From: Felis catus
Taxonomy: Eukaryota
Direction: 5' to 3'
DNA length: 64,000 nucleotides
Assembly (NCBI RefSeq): GCF_018350175.1
Contig: NC_058368.1
Coordinates: 149,050,001 to 149,114,000, forward strand
The notes beneath the pieces were generated by a model. It was not told the DNA's origin, made no database searches, and was given only the letters and a program-made list of their open reading frames with translations. This document shows, in pieces, positions 50,701 through 64,000 of this stretch (positions within the stretch are counted from its first letter, which is position 1; the number at the start of each line of letters is the position of its first letter). The translations under genes were made by a program, and so were the position numbers.

Positions 50701-50949
50701 TGTGTGTTTCCAGGCTCCTTTAGGTCCTGTCATTTATCAGTTTTGGTTGTTCTTAGTTTTGTTTTGTTTTTTAAACATGTTCAAGCTGTTTCAATTCTCT
50801 AAGCTTCAATTTCCTCTACTGTAAAATGGAATTCATAGGTAAATAGAATCCATATAACACATATCATGCATTTAGCACAAGTCCAGATACACAGTAAGCT
50901 AACAAGTAAACTGGTTTTAATCATTAACCAGCAAGTCAAGGAAAAATTA

Positions 50950-51520
50950 CTTTTTGGCTGGGGTTGGGGGGGGTGGTGGGCAGGTGGACAAAGCGGAAGT
51001 GTGAGCAAGTGGAGGGGCAGAAGAAGAGGGAGAGACAGAGCCTTAAAGCAGGCCCCACACACAGTTCAGAGCTGAGCTCTCAGAGCTCAATCTCACGATT
51101 GCGAGATCATGACCTGAGCCAAAATCAAGAGTTGGACACTTGACGGACTGTATCCCTAGGCACCTCAGGAAAAAATACTCTTATTGTAATATTGTGATTC
51201 CTCCGTTCCTGGGACTTTTACTTTTTAATATGGCTGGAATTTGACATGGTAATGTCATATATAAAATAACTCTTTTAGGGCTCCTGGGTGGCTCAGTCAG
51301 TTGAGCATATTATTTCGGCTCAGGTCATGATCTCACGGCTCGTGAGTTCAAGCCCCACATCAGGCACTGTGTTGACAGCTTGGAGCCTGGAGTCTGCTTT
51401 GGATTCTGCGTCCCTCTCTCTCTCTCTTCCCCTTCCTTGCTCATGCAATTTCATGTCTCTCTCTCTCTCTCTCTCTCAAGAATAAATAAAACATTAAAAA
51501 AAATTTTTAAAAAACCAAAA
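50950..51520. mobile_element. Head-to-head Can-SINE pair (- 50950-51167, + 51277-51520)
   Basis: Two SINEC bodies with separate TSDs. Confidence 0.88.
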
Positions 51521-52449
51521 TAACTCTTTCTTTCTAAAGGGTTTTGAATACATTTTTTGATTAATGTTTTATTAACAGTACTTGCTTATAATTTAATTCT
51601 TGCCTTTCCATACTGTGTGTAAAGTCTACTTTTTACAAAATGAAAACCTTACTAACATCAAAAATCACTTTTCAATTAAAATTCTTTACCCAAAAATAAT
51701 TCAGAAAAATAAATGTATTAATAGGGTTGAGGAGTATGTGGAAAACCCTAGAATCAGTCATTTTATACATTGTGTTTCACATGAAGATTCCCTTTAAAGT
51801 CATGTAATAAAATTCTCAAGAAAAATCCCTGGGTAATCAATGACAAGATAAGCAGAGATGATCTGAGATTATTTTTAACGCCTCCTCATAGTTTTCACTG
51901 TGCTTTTCTTCTGAAATACACTTTTTTAAAAACCATATAAGTGAGATACAAAAGGGTTGCGATGGATCCAAAGGTGAGACAATCTATCACAGCAACAAGA
52001 AAGGAATATTTCTGTACAGGAAATGGTCCCACATGAATGAGACATTAGCTGGATATGGATGGCATGGACAGCCCCAACCTAACTTCAAGGATTTTGCTTT
52101 GTGGAAACCAAATGCTGCTCACAACATGAGCATGGTGCCAACTCTCTGTTGCATGGTCTTTGCCTGGGCCTGTCTGTGGGACACAGGGACTGTCAGGGTT
52201 CAATTCTCCCACTGTTCTCCTCTAGCTGCAAAACTGTGCACCGTATTTGGCTTTTAGTTGTCCAAGTATATACTTTATACATTCAATCCTCCCATTTTAT
52301 GTTTCTTCTACTTCTGAATATAAAGTACTACAACTTGACACTAACAAATGCTGACAAAAGATGTTATTTAGCAGTAACATGAATAGTCCAGAACATGCGA
52401 ATATCAAATTTTACGTTATCGTCAAAAAGTGTTTTTGCATCATCACTTT

Positions 52450-52720
52450 TTAAAATTGGGATATATAATTAATATGTAATAAATCGCATCTTTTTAAGCA
52501 TACCATTCAGTGGTTGTTAGTACATTTGTAGGGTTCTGCAACCCTCACCACTAACTGTTTTAGAACATTTTCATCACCCCAAAAAGAAATCCTATACCCA
52601 TTAGTAGTCACTCCCATTTTCCCTCTTCCTTCAACCCCTGGCAACCACTAATCTATTTTCTGCCCCCATGAATTTGCTTTTTCTGAACATTTCACATAAA
52701 TGGAATCATACAATGAGTTA
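52450..52720 (-). mobile_element. L1MB-like 3' end
   Basis: tagaacattttcatcaccccaaaaagaaatcctatacccattag..ccctggcaaccactaatc. Confidence 0.85.
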
Positions 52721-52989
52721 TCACGAAAATTTAATCACAAAGATTAAAAACCTGGAGAATCTACAGACCTTTGAGAATACGGCAATAGAGCTAAATTAAA
52801 TATATATTATACATGTATGTATAATATAGAGAGAAAGAAAGAGAGAGAAAGGATGATACTGGTAGGCAGAGAAATGTGACAGAGAAAGAATAGAAAAGAT
52901 TATTGGAAACGGAATGTGTAAGATTCCATTTAAGAATATTCAGTTCCCACATTTTACTGAATCAAAATCTCCAAAAAGAATGAAAATCT

Positions 52990-53215
52990 CAGTTGGTTGA
53001 GCATCCGACTTCAGCTCAGGTCATGATCTCACTGTTCATGGGTTCAAGCCCTACTTTGGGCTCTATGGTGATAGCTCAGAGCCTGGAGCCTGTTTCAGAT
53101 TCTGTGTTTCCCTCTCTTTGCTCCTCCCCTGCTTGTGCTTGTTCTCTCTCTCTCTCAAAAGTAAGTAGACATATTTTAAAAATTAAAAAATAAAAATAAA
53201 AAAGTGAAAAAACAA
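52990..53215 (+). mobile_element. 5'-truncated Can-SINE
   Basis: Body starts at ctcagttggttgagcatccgacttc. Confidence 0.88.
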
Positions 53216-55042
53216 AATCTGCAAAAATAAAGTCTGAGCATCTGTATTAAAAAATAATAATAAAAAAAATAAAACAAAAACTTCCCTGGAGGCTATGATA
53301 CTTAGCTGGATTTTGGAAGCCTTTCTTTAGGCCATATTCTGATTAACTGCTAATTCAGGTATTTCTAACCATTAATTAACTCAATGACACATTCACAAGT
53401 ACATTCACAAGCCACTCAATTATGCTATTTTGAAGAAAAGTAAATAAATAAAAGATTCAAATAATAATTGCACCCTCTGCTAATGTTTTCATAACTTTTT
53501 AGCCTGTTTATGCAATGATTAATTGCTTAATTGTGTTTCTTAGACATCTACAGATGTGTATATTTAAAAATTTTTGAAATGAAAACTAAATGAATATTTA
53601 TTTAGCTTTCTTTGTTCTTACCTTCATTTGTTTTGCATAAACAATGTTATACTTACTCATGCAAATCAATGCAAACAGAGAAATTATGCTCCTGCAAATT
53701 ATTTCATTTTTATTTCTAAATAGAATCGTAGTTACAAGCAGAAAATATTTACTTGGTAGTCCAAATGTCATGAGCATTTAAATATAATGTATTACTCAGT
53801 AAAAAATGATGAATATTATTGAAGAGATGATAAAAGATGGATATAGTTTCATTTCCGCTGTTTGAGCACAATGTACCAATAAGTATACCCTACTATTCCT
53901 TCACAAATATTTTCCCATTTCTATATGTTCCACTCTTATCTCAGTAATTAAATTCTTCCATGTAAATTTTAATATGTTTTCATTTTTAATCTATCACTTC
54001 ATACTCAACATCTCTGTTAGAAGATCTGTGCAATTGAGATGCCAGAGGTTATAAATGATGCCTTTATTTATTGTTAAAATAAAAACACTGGCATAAAACT
54101 ACTTGAGTGAATGTGGCAAAATCAGGTATGCTACTACCCTCTCTGTTCCACAAACAAAGACAGATTAAAATATGTGCTGAACATAAGATATTTACATGGC
54201 GAAGGCAAGAGAGAAAGTGGGAAGGGCAGGAGTTGTATCTTGATAAGGAATAGAGATGGAGAAGAAAATTATGACTTTTAAAACAACTTAACTTTGGGAT
54301 TGAATATTCAACAACAGTATAATTTAAGATAAGATTGTGTCTCAGAGCCGGCCTTACCTGTCGGAATGCATCAAAGGGCATGTAAGTTCTACAAGTTTAA
54401 CATCCACTCCAGCATGTTTGGGGGGGGGGGGGGGTATATACTGCCTCAAGTCAATTCTTTGTAAAATTTCTTACTTTAACAGGGGGCAATGTAGTGTACA
54501 TTGTTCCAATTCCAAAACATATGAAATGCCCTGATTCTCCCTAATTGATATCCATTTTCCTCTACAAAATTCTGAATTCTTATTCCTCACTTCATGTTAA
54601 TTCCCAGGCAATCTTTGTAACTGAGACTGATAGGTAGAATGTAATGTTCCTATTTGGAACTTAAAAGAGACACAGTCAATGATACTATAGTTCATTGGGG
54701 AAATCCTAAGGTTACATCCAAATTTAAGAATAGAAGATCTTACTTTACTGGCTGACTTTTACTTTCAGAATTACATATTTTTTTAAAATTTTTTCTCTCA
54801 TTAACATTTCATTAGCTTTCGCTTCTAATGCTTCAGCTACAGATTTCTCTGTACCAAGGCTCTGATAAGTAGATAATACCTTGCAAAACATTTAAGATGT
54901 TATGAAAGAGACCTTTGGGTTAATCCTTTCATAAGGTAAGTAGCGTTTCCAATGAAATTAATCACTGGTCTTCTAGTTAATCAGTTTTATGACTTCAGAT
55001 TTTCAAAGGCAGAGTTTATTTCAATCACATTTACTTTCATTC

Positions 55043-55055
55043 ATATATATATATG

Positions 55056-55120
<65 letters not shown>
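55043..55120. repeat. (TA)n microsatellite
   Basis: Direct reading. Confidence 0.95.
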
Positions 55121-55123
<3 letters not shown>

Positions 55124-56863
55124 ACCTTCTCCCAGCATGTCTCTTGCTCTCTTGGTTCATTCTGCCTTCTCTTAGTTTTCTCAATAGTTTGTATTTTTAA
55201 AACACCATTAATTAGCTGATTAGCCACTTTGGTTACGTCTAATCTCAATATATCTAAAATAAAATTTCTCCAACCTTTTTGAGGTTACCGTCCACACAAG
55301 TGCCTATAGAATACAGCAAACACTCTTCTTCTTTTATTGGCAGACAAATGCTAAGGTCTTAAAATAAAACCTTCATTGTGGTGTCAAATTGTGTCAACAC
55401 AGTATTTACACTAACAAATTTTGCTGCAAATTCATTTTCTGGAGCTCAATTGCTTGGGTCTCTTAATAATCTTGTTCTTTTTGTATCTAAATCTAAATCA
55501 TTATATGATTTAAAACATGTTGGCTTATCCTAAATGACACTAAATCATGCAGTACAGCAGTAATGTTTGATTTGAAAACATAAATGTATCTATTCAGATG
55601 ATACACATGACCCAGATCTGAGGACTGCATTTTAATCAAGTCATTACAAAGGCAAATTTAATGTTGGAGCCATAAACATGGCTTGGGCTGGTTTCCTCCC
55701 CCCCCCCCCCACTCGTTCTATCACATGGAAGATTCCAGTTATCTCTCTTCTCCCTTAAGGAATTTAGTGGCTGGTTGCTTAAAGCATGTTGTTCTCATTC
55801 TGACAAGGTGAAAGAATTAGTGCTCTACTCAGTGATCATGCCACCATCACCTGCTTGCTAGCTGTTGCCTGCTTCCTTTTTGTTCTTAAACTACAGATAG
55901 AAAGTGATTTAAGTTTTATTTTTCTCCTTTGGAGTTATGATGAATAATCATAAGGATGAGCCAATATGTTTTAAAAATCCAAAGGATAATAACTCTGTTG
56001 TATTCATTTTCTCAAAACAGATGCCCCCTAGAAAGCATATTTCAGGTTTGAAACTTTGAAAATATTACCCAGCATGAGAGTGGATGGATATATAATTTAT
56101 AAGTCACAAGCAGTTTAAAAATCACAATAAAGTCAAACTTACAAATTCAGAATAAACTGTTAATATTTATAAGATGCCATAGTTGCCTCTTACTTAGATT
56201 AATACACACTAAAACTGCATTTCTTTCTGAAACTGAAACATAATTTGTTTTATAGAGGACTGAGAGCAAAAAATAGTAATTCCGCAGTAACACGGGAACA
56301 ATATGATTGCTTTGGATATGTCTTAAGTATATACATATATGTTAATATTTGAGCATAGGCATATGTATTAACAGATTTATTTGCATAAGAATGAGATGGA
56401 ACTTCGGCTCTGTTTTTTTTTTTAATAAATTGGCAAATGATCAAGGAAATTCTATAAAACATTGCTTTGACCCAAACAGTTACTAAAATGACTTTTTTTT
56501 TTAATTTTTGTAGAGGACAGGGTTATCCAATCTTGATAGAATAGTCATGTTTTTCAAGATACTTCACTATTTTCACATCAACAAAAATGTTTCTATCAGT
56601 GAGTACCATTCCTCTTCTCCTTCAAGTATTTAATTGAATTCTCTTCCTTTTTGAAAGGCTTAGAGCTAAGTTAGCTGATTGAGTGAAGACATCAAAAGCC
56701 AAAAAAACTAAATTAAGGCAACCTATGTAGTACAAAGAATATGGACATCAAAGAATGATTCTAGATTCCAGCCTCAGTTCTGTCACTCATCAGACAAGTT
56801 TACTTACCCATAAAATGGAAGTTATAAATAAAACCTAATTTGTGGTTTTACTGTGAGAAACAG

Positions 56864-56992
56864 AGAGTGACCATACACTTAAGTTTGTACAGAAGAGTAC
56901 CATTTTATATCTTTTGTCTCCACATAATATTAATAGCACTCCTTTTCTACTCCCAAATATCCAGTGAAAATAATAAATCGTATGTTCAATCT
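56864..56992. mobile_element. MER94-like hAT-Blackjack MITE inside a MIR
   Basis: agagtgaccatac..taatattaatagcactccttttctactc..ataaatcgtatgttcaatct. Confidence 0.7.
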
Positions 56993-57379
56993 ACTTTGTA
57001 ACATCTAGTAGGCAGTCAGTAAGTAACATCTTGCAACAAGAGCAGAAAGTGTTTAGATATAACGAATCAAACCAAATGAAATGTTCAATTAGCTATATAG
57101 TAATTTAGAGGAAAAACTTCACAAAAAAAGACCATTTGCAATGTGATCGTGGGATATGTTACTAATGAATCATTATTAAAATTAAGAAAAATAACCCCAA
57201 AACTAAGAAAATGGAAGATGACACAAGCTGAAAAATATATTGCAGTGATGTAAATGCCTCATGCATGAAGGTCTTGGTTTAAAGCTTAAAAACCAAATTA
57301 AATTAATAATTAAAAACCATTTGTCTAATATTTGAAGAGCTTTAGATGATAGCTTGAGTAACAAAATAACAGATAACTA

Positions 57380-58350
57380 ATCTCTTAGTATCACCAGAAA
57401 TAGAAGGTAGGAGGCGTGAGAAAATAGTATGGATCAAGCTAGAAAAAAAAGGTCATAGAAAACCTTTTTAACAATACTGAGTTTAGATTTTAGCAATTTT
57501 TAAGACCAAGCACATCCAGAGAAAGGTAATAACAATATTAATCACCATCATCAACAGTATCATATGGTTACAATCTGCTACCTTCTATAATAAATTCTTC
57601 ACAAGTATTAGGTCATTTACTTCTCATAACACCCCTTGAGTTTGGTACTATTGCTAGCATATAGATTTACAGAGAAGAAAATATAAACACAGAAGTTAAG
57701 GAACTTGCCCCAAATCACACATTAGTAAAAGGCAGATCCAAAGTTCAAACCCTGGTGTCTGGCTCCACGGGCCCCATTCCCAATAGCAATACATTACTTC
57801 CTCTGTTGTTGAGCAGGTAAAAGAAACTGTAAAATCTGCTTTTTAGAAATACCTGTCTGCTTCAGAGTGCAGTATATATTGTACGGTGTGGAGAATGGGT
57901 TGGAAAAGAGCAAGTGTGGTAATTCAGAAGCTTTTGTAGTAATTCAGATAAGAAATAATAACATCCTAAATAAAGTAGTATGATGAAAAAGGGGAAAAAT
58001 TGATAGATTAAAATATCAGACAGTAGAAGGCAGTACAATTGATAAGACTAGATGGTTGATTGAATATGACCAGTGAGACAGAAGGCAAAAATCAAGGTTG
58101 CCTCCTAGAATTGTTTCTGGGGATTTGGGATAAATGGTGATGCCAGCAGATATGAAACATGTAAGAGAGGCAGATGGTCAGCTCAGTTTTGAACATATTG
58201 AGTTAGAGTTGCCTTTTGGATTTATAGGTGTAGTTGTCCAGTTGGGTGTGTGATTCTACAGCATGGAAGAGATATCGAAGCTGAAATTACAGACTCGAGG
58301 CCTATATCCAGATAGTTGGTAATTAACACCGTATGATTATATAGGATTAT
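57380..58350 (-). mobile_element. L2 fragments with a MIR at ~57560-57800
   Basis: agctcagttttgaacatattgagttagagttgcc; tttacagagaagaaaat..aagttaaggaacttgcccc. Confidence 0.7.
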
Positions 58351-58523
58351 CAAATATGAGAAATTAATATTTGAAAGCTATAATTTAAATTGCTTATGGA
58401 AAGAAATACAAATATTAAAAACCTTAAAAAATGAAAAGGATTATCCAAGAAGAGGTTTTACTAAGACTAGTGGAAACTGATAAATTTTCAAAAAATAACT
58501 TATCCAGTAGTTTGAACCCCCAA

Positions 58524-59141
58524 CTGTTGCGGGATCATTGAGCACGATATTCAAGAAAGAATTCTTGAGACGTTTTATGATGCAACTTTGTAAGTTTGTT
58601 TAAGTAGCACAGGGACAGGACCCTTGGGCAGAAATAGCTGCACTTTTTGCTGTACAAAGATGGTGGTTACATGCTTAGTGCTCAAGGGGGAGGTGACATG
58701 CAGGGAGTATTAGATCATAAACGTCATTGAAATTCTATTTGTAAAACTACTTTTGCAAGATTTCTCTGGTGCTCATTATTCAGTTTGATATTAACTGTTG
58801 GTGAGATTTGCAGATAGTCATAAGACCCTTTGAGAATGCAGCAACACGGGGTGACTGGGTGGCTCATTCGGTTGAGTGTCTGACTTCAGCTCAGTCATGA
58901 TCTCATGGCTTGTGGGTTCGAGCCCACAAGTGCTGTCAGCATAGAACCCACGTCAGATCCTCTGTCTCCCTCTCTTTCTGCCCCTCCACTGTTCACTCTC
59001 TCTCTCTCAAAAATAAAAATAAACATTAAAAAAATTAAAAGAGTGCAAAAACCAGCAAGTTTCATACTTTTCAAACTATGCAGGCTAGAGGTCAACCTTC
59101 TGGGCTAAAGGTGAACATTTATTTGCTTCTGTCCCTCATCA
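58524..59141 (-). mobile_element. ERV solo LTR related to copies A-C, with a Can-SINE at 58847-59040
   Basis: Shares caagaaagaattcttga..ggacaggaccc.tgggcagaaa.agctgcact and the ..ccctcatca end; TG..CA termini. Confidence 0.8.
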
Positions 59142-59526
59142 CCACTGTGCCAAATATGTTCTCATTAAGAGCCATGAACAATGATTAAATTAAAAGAACC
59201 TATTTTAAATTTTATTCTTTTTATTCAAGTAAAGATAGTAATAAATAATAAAATGAGTCTGAAAATAAGAAAATAAAAGAAAAGGAATAGATAACTACAA
59301 ACTATAGCAAACAAAACCCTAAAGATTACTTAGGAACTAGCAATTGAAGGGGGCACGTGATTATCATTCAGGCATCCATCCCCCTACATCAATATGTTAC
59401 TTCCCATCCTCACCCTGACAAGCAGCCCTGGCTGACATCATCAGCATTTGACTTCTTCAAACCCCTAGTTATAGATAATAGAGAATCTACCATGGCCAAA
59501 AAGTCTGCAAATATAAAAGGACCATA

Positions 59527-59762
59527 GGGCACCTGGGTGGCTCAGATGGTTAAGCATCCAATTTTTGATTTCGCCTCAGGTCATTATCTCACAGTTCGTG
59601 AGTTCAAACCCTGTGATGGGCTCTGTGCTGTCAGCGCAGGGCCTGCTTGGGACTCTCTGTCTCCCTCTCTCTCTTCCCTTCCCTCGCTTGCTGTCTTTTT
59701 CTCTCTCAAAAATAAATAAATAAACATTAAAAAATACATAAACAAACTTAAAAAAAAAAAAG
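59527..59762 (+). mobile_element. Can-SINE
   Basis: Sense SINEC body with A tail. Confidence 0.92.
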
Positions 59763-60640
59763 GCCAAGAACATAAACAGGAACCCAAAATATTGATCCAC
59801 TGATTCAGTCCACTTGACTATGAATACCAAAACTGTTTTTCACATACATCGTGAACTTTTAAGTATTTTGCTAGGAAGAAGATAAATCACCTTCTATTTT
59901 CATATCATAACAATGTTCTGCTGCAATCAGAAGTAGAGATAGTGGAGCCTGCTTAACTAAATTATTTTTCATCCCTTTTTTCTCTGTTTGAGAAGATAGT
60001 ATTTCCTACATTCATCTAGGATGCAGTTTGATTTGCTATAACAAGAAAAAGTTTTGAAAATAGATTAATAAAATTCTGAAGTTAGAATACATTTTAAAAT
60101 CTCCAATTTAAAAAATTATATTGCAGCCAAACTTTTGGTATATTTCTTCATTATAAGTGAAATCTTTTGAATATATCTTATCTGCTGTAGAAATATTTTA
60201 AGTAATATTTAATACATACCCAAAAGCTTAATATTTTAAAATCCCTTTCTCTAAAATGTAAAAGTATATTGGTTTCTAACTTTAAGTTGTTAAAACTGAA
60301 ATGTTCAAATATGAATTATCTCTAAATTAAAGAGTTATTATTCAGCAATTTCTCTGTATTCCTAAAAAGTCCTTAGCTATGTGGTAGTTAAACACAAGAT
60401 TAGAATAATAACTTATTCAAGATTATTTTTAAGTGCTTTGTTTTTTCTATACCCATCAGTTGATTTGGCTTAGCTGATCTCACTTCTTTGTGATTCTAAG
60501 AGGAAACAAATTATGGAATAACTGATTGAAAGAAAAATTTTGTTTCCATTTCTGATTCTTCCTTTTTCTGTAATTATAATAGATGCACAGAGGAGATGTC
60601 GAGATATATATTAATATAAGCACTAAATAATATAAAAATC

Positions 60641-60772
60641 GAGGAGGGCACTTGTTGGGATGAGCACTGGGTGTTGTACATAAGTGATGAAATGCGAGAA
60701 TCTACCCCAAAAAACAAGAGCACGCTGTATACACTGTATGTTAGCCAATTTGACAATAAGTGATAATTTTTA
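60641..60772 (+). mobile_element. Felid-type L1 3' terminal stub
   Basis: gaggagggcacttgttgggatgagcactgggtgttgta..tacactgtatgttagccaatttgacaataa; aaaaatc TSD. Confidence 0.85.
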
Positions 60773-62345
60773 AAAAATCTATGCAGATTCATATTGATAA
60801 TGCTAATATGACAATATATGTTTAGCTGTCTGCCATAAAGAAACAGCTGTCTGCATCATTCATCTAATAAGTAAGACCAATCTTGTTTGGCCAAGATTAT
60901 TGTCAGGTAACCCAAATATCGTCTGCTTTTAAGTTTTTCCATCTCTTTGAGTGGCTCCTATAGTTCCATGTGAATCAGCAAAGCTAGTAGAAGAGACTGA
61001 GTACCAGCATAATAATATATCAGAATGTTCTCACTTCCCTCCAGGTCCTCCACTATTCCTGCATTTCTTTCCCCTCATCAAAATGGAACATATTTAGGGA
61101 TAAAAGACAATCTCTCCTCCAAATGCAGATTCTCATTTTAGGTGAAATGTTTGCCAATTTTTTTAAATTACCCACATTTCCTGAAACTCAATTCAACTGT
61201 CCCAGGTATTCTTGTACATGATTGGTGTTAGCCATCAAAATCTACTTGCTTGCATACAAATTCAGAAAATCCTTATTGTCTGGATGTTGACCTGGTTGAC
61301 ATCCTGACTCTAGTATATTCATGATTTGTTTCTTCATATTAATGCCCATGCCACCTTTTAAATTGAGTGCAATTTCAAAATGAATATGTCATTTTCAGGC
61401 TTGAAATACAACACTGACTCCATCACTTACAAGATGAAATGCAAAACCTTTAGTCCTTTATGAGTTGGCCCAAACATTTCTTCCCCAACCTGTTTTGTAG
61501 TAGTATCTCATAAGAATCCATCCATGCATCATTGTGAAATCCTTAAACATTTACCACATGGTTTCACAGATGCAACCTTTTGCACGAGCTGCTTGCTCTG
61601 ACAGGATTGTTCTTTCTCATCCCTTTTCCTAGAGCATCGCCATTGTCCCTGAAGCCTCAGCACTAGTATTCCAGATCCATATTAATTCCCCTAGCATGAG
61701 CTCAGAGTCAAGCCACCCCTGAGTCTTGAAATGAACCTTCAGCACATATTTGTTGAACAGCAACTCTGTGTCTCTTCCATCCTAAGCATTGAAGATAAAG
61801 TGGTAAACAAGACAAAGCCCCTGCCCTTGTGAAACACCTATTTTTGTGAAGAAGATGGAGTTTATATGTAAATAAAATGTAGTGACTGGTAGTAATAGTA
61901 CCATAAAGGAAAATAAAGAGTAATTAAAGAATAAAGAGGACTGAAGAAGACTGGTTTAGATAGGATCACTTGATTAGACCTGACTGAGAGGGTGGCATTA
62001 ATGAACACTTGAGTAAGGAAGGTGTCCTTATAGATACCTTCTTCCAAACTTCTCATTATATTGTAATTAAAGTTGAAACTCTTTAATATGTCATCCTTAA
62101 ATGGGGTAGTTTTCAGGTAAACAAAAAAATGGCTTTGAAATCAAGTAATTGAAAAGAAGTACATTCATATGAGAAGGATTTTGTTTTAACTTATGACATA
62201 TTAATGTACTTTTGTGTGCCAATATTATGATATTAGGTGAAACTTCTCAGACTATGAAGCTGCTGATTAAAATTTACATCATCTTTCTTAGACAATTCAA
62301 ATTTTAATCTTGCTCAAGTAGAATGAGAAGAAATTAAAAGTAAAA

Positions 62346-62565
62346 GGGGCACCTGGGTAGCTCAGTTGGTTGGGGTCCGACTTCAGCTCAGGTCATGATC
62401 TCACCATTTGTGAGTTTGAGCCCTGAGTCAGGGCTGTCTGCTGACAGCTCAGAGCTTGGAGCCTGCTTCAGATTCTGTGTCTCCCTCTCTCTCTGACCCT
62501 CCCCAGCTTGCACTCTGTCTCTTTCTGTCTCAAAAATAAATAAACATTTAAAAAAATTTTTAAAC
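62346..62565 (+). mobile_element. Can-SINE
   Basis: Sense SINEC body. Confidence 0.92.
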
Positions 62566-64000
62566 AAAGATAAAAAATCCTGAAGATATATGTATTTCAT
62601 GATTTTTATGATTTTTTTCCTCAACTTTTGCAGGCTTTTCGCTCATACCAAAATCAATAAAATCTAAAGCCTACAGTGAGTTTTAGTGACTTACCCATTA
62701 TTTTCAAAACATTCTCACAGTGCTCATGTGACAATTTTTCTTTTATTCCCTATTTTCTACTTATGTAATATTAATTTAGTTATGAAATTATAAAAAGGGA
62801 CAGGGTTGCAAATTATTAGTATTGGCCTATTTATTAAGCTAATTATGGGTACATGGGCATATGTTTTATTATTATTAATATATTTAAACTGTGTCACTTT
62901 ATTATATAAGCTATGTGTATTTTTTAACAATTAAATTGACAGTAAGTTCAGTTTGCATAAACATGATTGGGAAGAGTAGCCAGTTCTCTCGGTAGGCATG
63001 TAACACTAATGGTAGTGAAAGCAGAAAAGCATCCCACATTACGCTAACTTTCGGGTACCATGGACATCAATGAATTATGTGTTATGAGAGGAATGGAGAG
63101 CGTCGGTGAATGTGGCACACTTTAAATATTAGGTGGCATTCCTTTAACGGAGTTTCTCCAGCATTTGTGCCTGGTGTGAAAAACACCAGGCAGGTGTTTT
63201 TCTATGCAGTTCACCCGTGAACCCCTTACATTTAGTCTGGCTTTTATTCAAATCTGTATAATACCCAGGGCTTCAAACAGTGTTGGCACAGCATGCACTT
63301 AATAAATATTTGTTCAATGAATAAAAGAATATTGAATGCCTGAGACATATGCACACTTATTTTACTTGTGCTTCTCTGTATCATTTAAAAAATTAAGTAG
63401 TTCTCACTTCAATATTTTGTCATTTACATCTTGCTGCTGTACTTAGTAACTCAGAATTAATTGGGTAATAGTATTTGCAGTCTCCAAGTTGTAGTTGCAG
63501 AGTGAGTCATAGGAAAATGAGTTTCAGGAATTCACATGATTCTTACGGCTTTCAGGCATGAAATAAAGTTGTGCTTATGATGTCTCATTAGAAAAAAAAA
63601 AGGCTTTGTTGCATTCTGAAGCATTTCAAAATTTCTGCCAAAATTAGAGCAATTACTTAAAGAGTTGCAAAAACTTATAATCACTCTATCTAGAAACTGA
63701 TAAAAAAAAATTCAAATCCTTTATTTCCTATAATAATAAGGCTTCAGAATCTTAAGAACACTGATGTATTTAAGGCAGATATTTTATGATAAATTTAACA
63801 ACCATGACTAACAGCACTGAGTGCTTTTGACAGACTACAAAGCCAAACACCTTGTTGTATTAGCATTTGCAGTCAGGATTAATTCTGTCCATGTACAAAC
63901 ACAAATGCTTTATTGAATTCCATAGAAATGTACTCTCTCTATAGAGGGGATACATGGAGTGGCATGAAGTTATCCCACTGTACCAGTTTATCAGCTTTAG

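Noticed and set aside
1..64000. CRISPR arrays, rRNA, true tRNA genes, NUMT, CpG-island promoter, functional TTC3
   Set aside because: None seen. tRNA-like boxes belong to SINE heads, and the TTC3-like exons are too divergent and disrupted to be the ortholog.

Overview
AT-rich mammalian DNA, almost certainly felid: there are about 30 carnivore tRNA-derived Can-SINEs, several of the SINEC_Fc type, and a felid-type L1 3' end. No intact protein-coding gene is present. The listed ORFs are SINE, L1, LTR or microsatellite read-through, or chance frames. Much of the window is ordinary interspersed repeat (L1, HAL1, L2, MIR, MaLR/MLT, ERV LTRs, MER20/MER5/MER94, Tigger1). The main hidden signal is a chain of about 20 decayed, splice-site-bounded exon remnants on the + strand between ~2.3 kb and ~47.7 kb, possibly reaching ~49.9 kb. 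Their translations follow, in order, the domain sequence of the TTC3/DZIP3-family E3 ubiquitin ligase: TPR repeats, helical region, Cys-rich domain, Lys-rich segment, winged-helix-like region, coiled coil, pre-RING helical domain and a possible RING-H2. Many junctions are still phase-compatible, but the frames carry many stops, frameshifts and SINE/LTR insertions. This looks like an intron-containing fossil of a divergent TTC3 paralog rather than TTC3 itself or a retrocopy. TTC3 comparisons were made by eye against the human sequence as I recall it and need confirmation by alignment. Repeat family names are also by-eye assignments.
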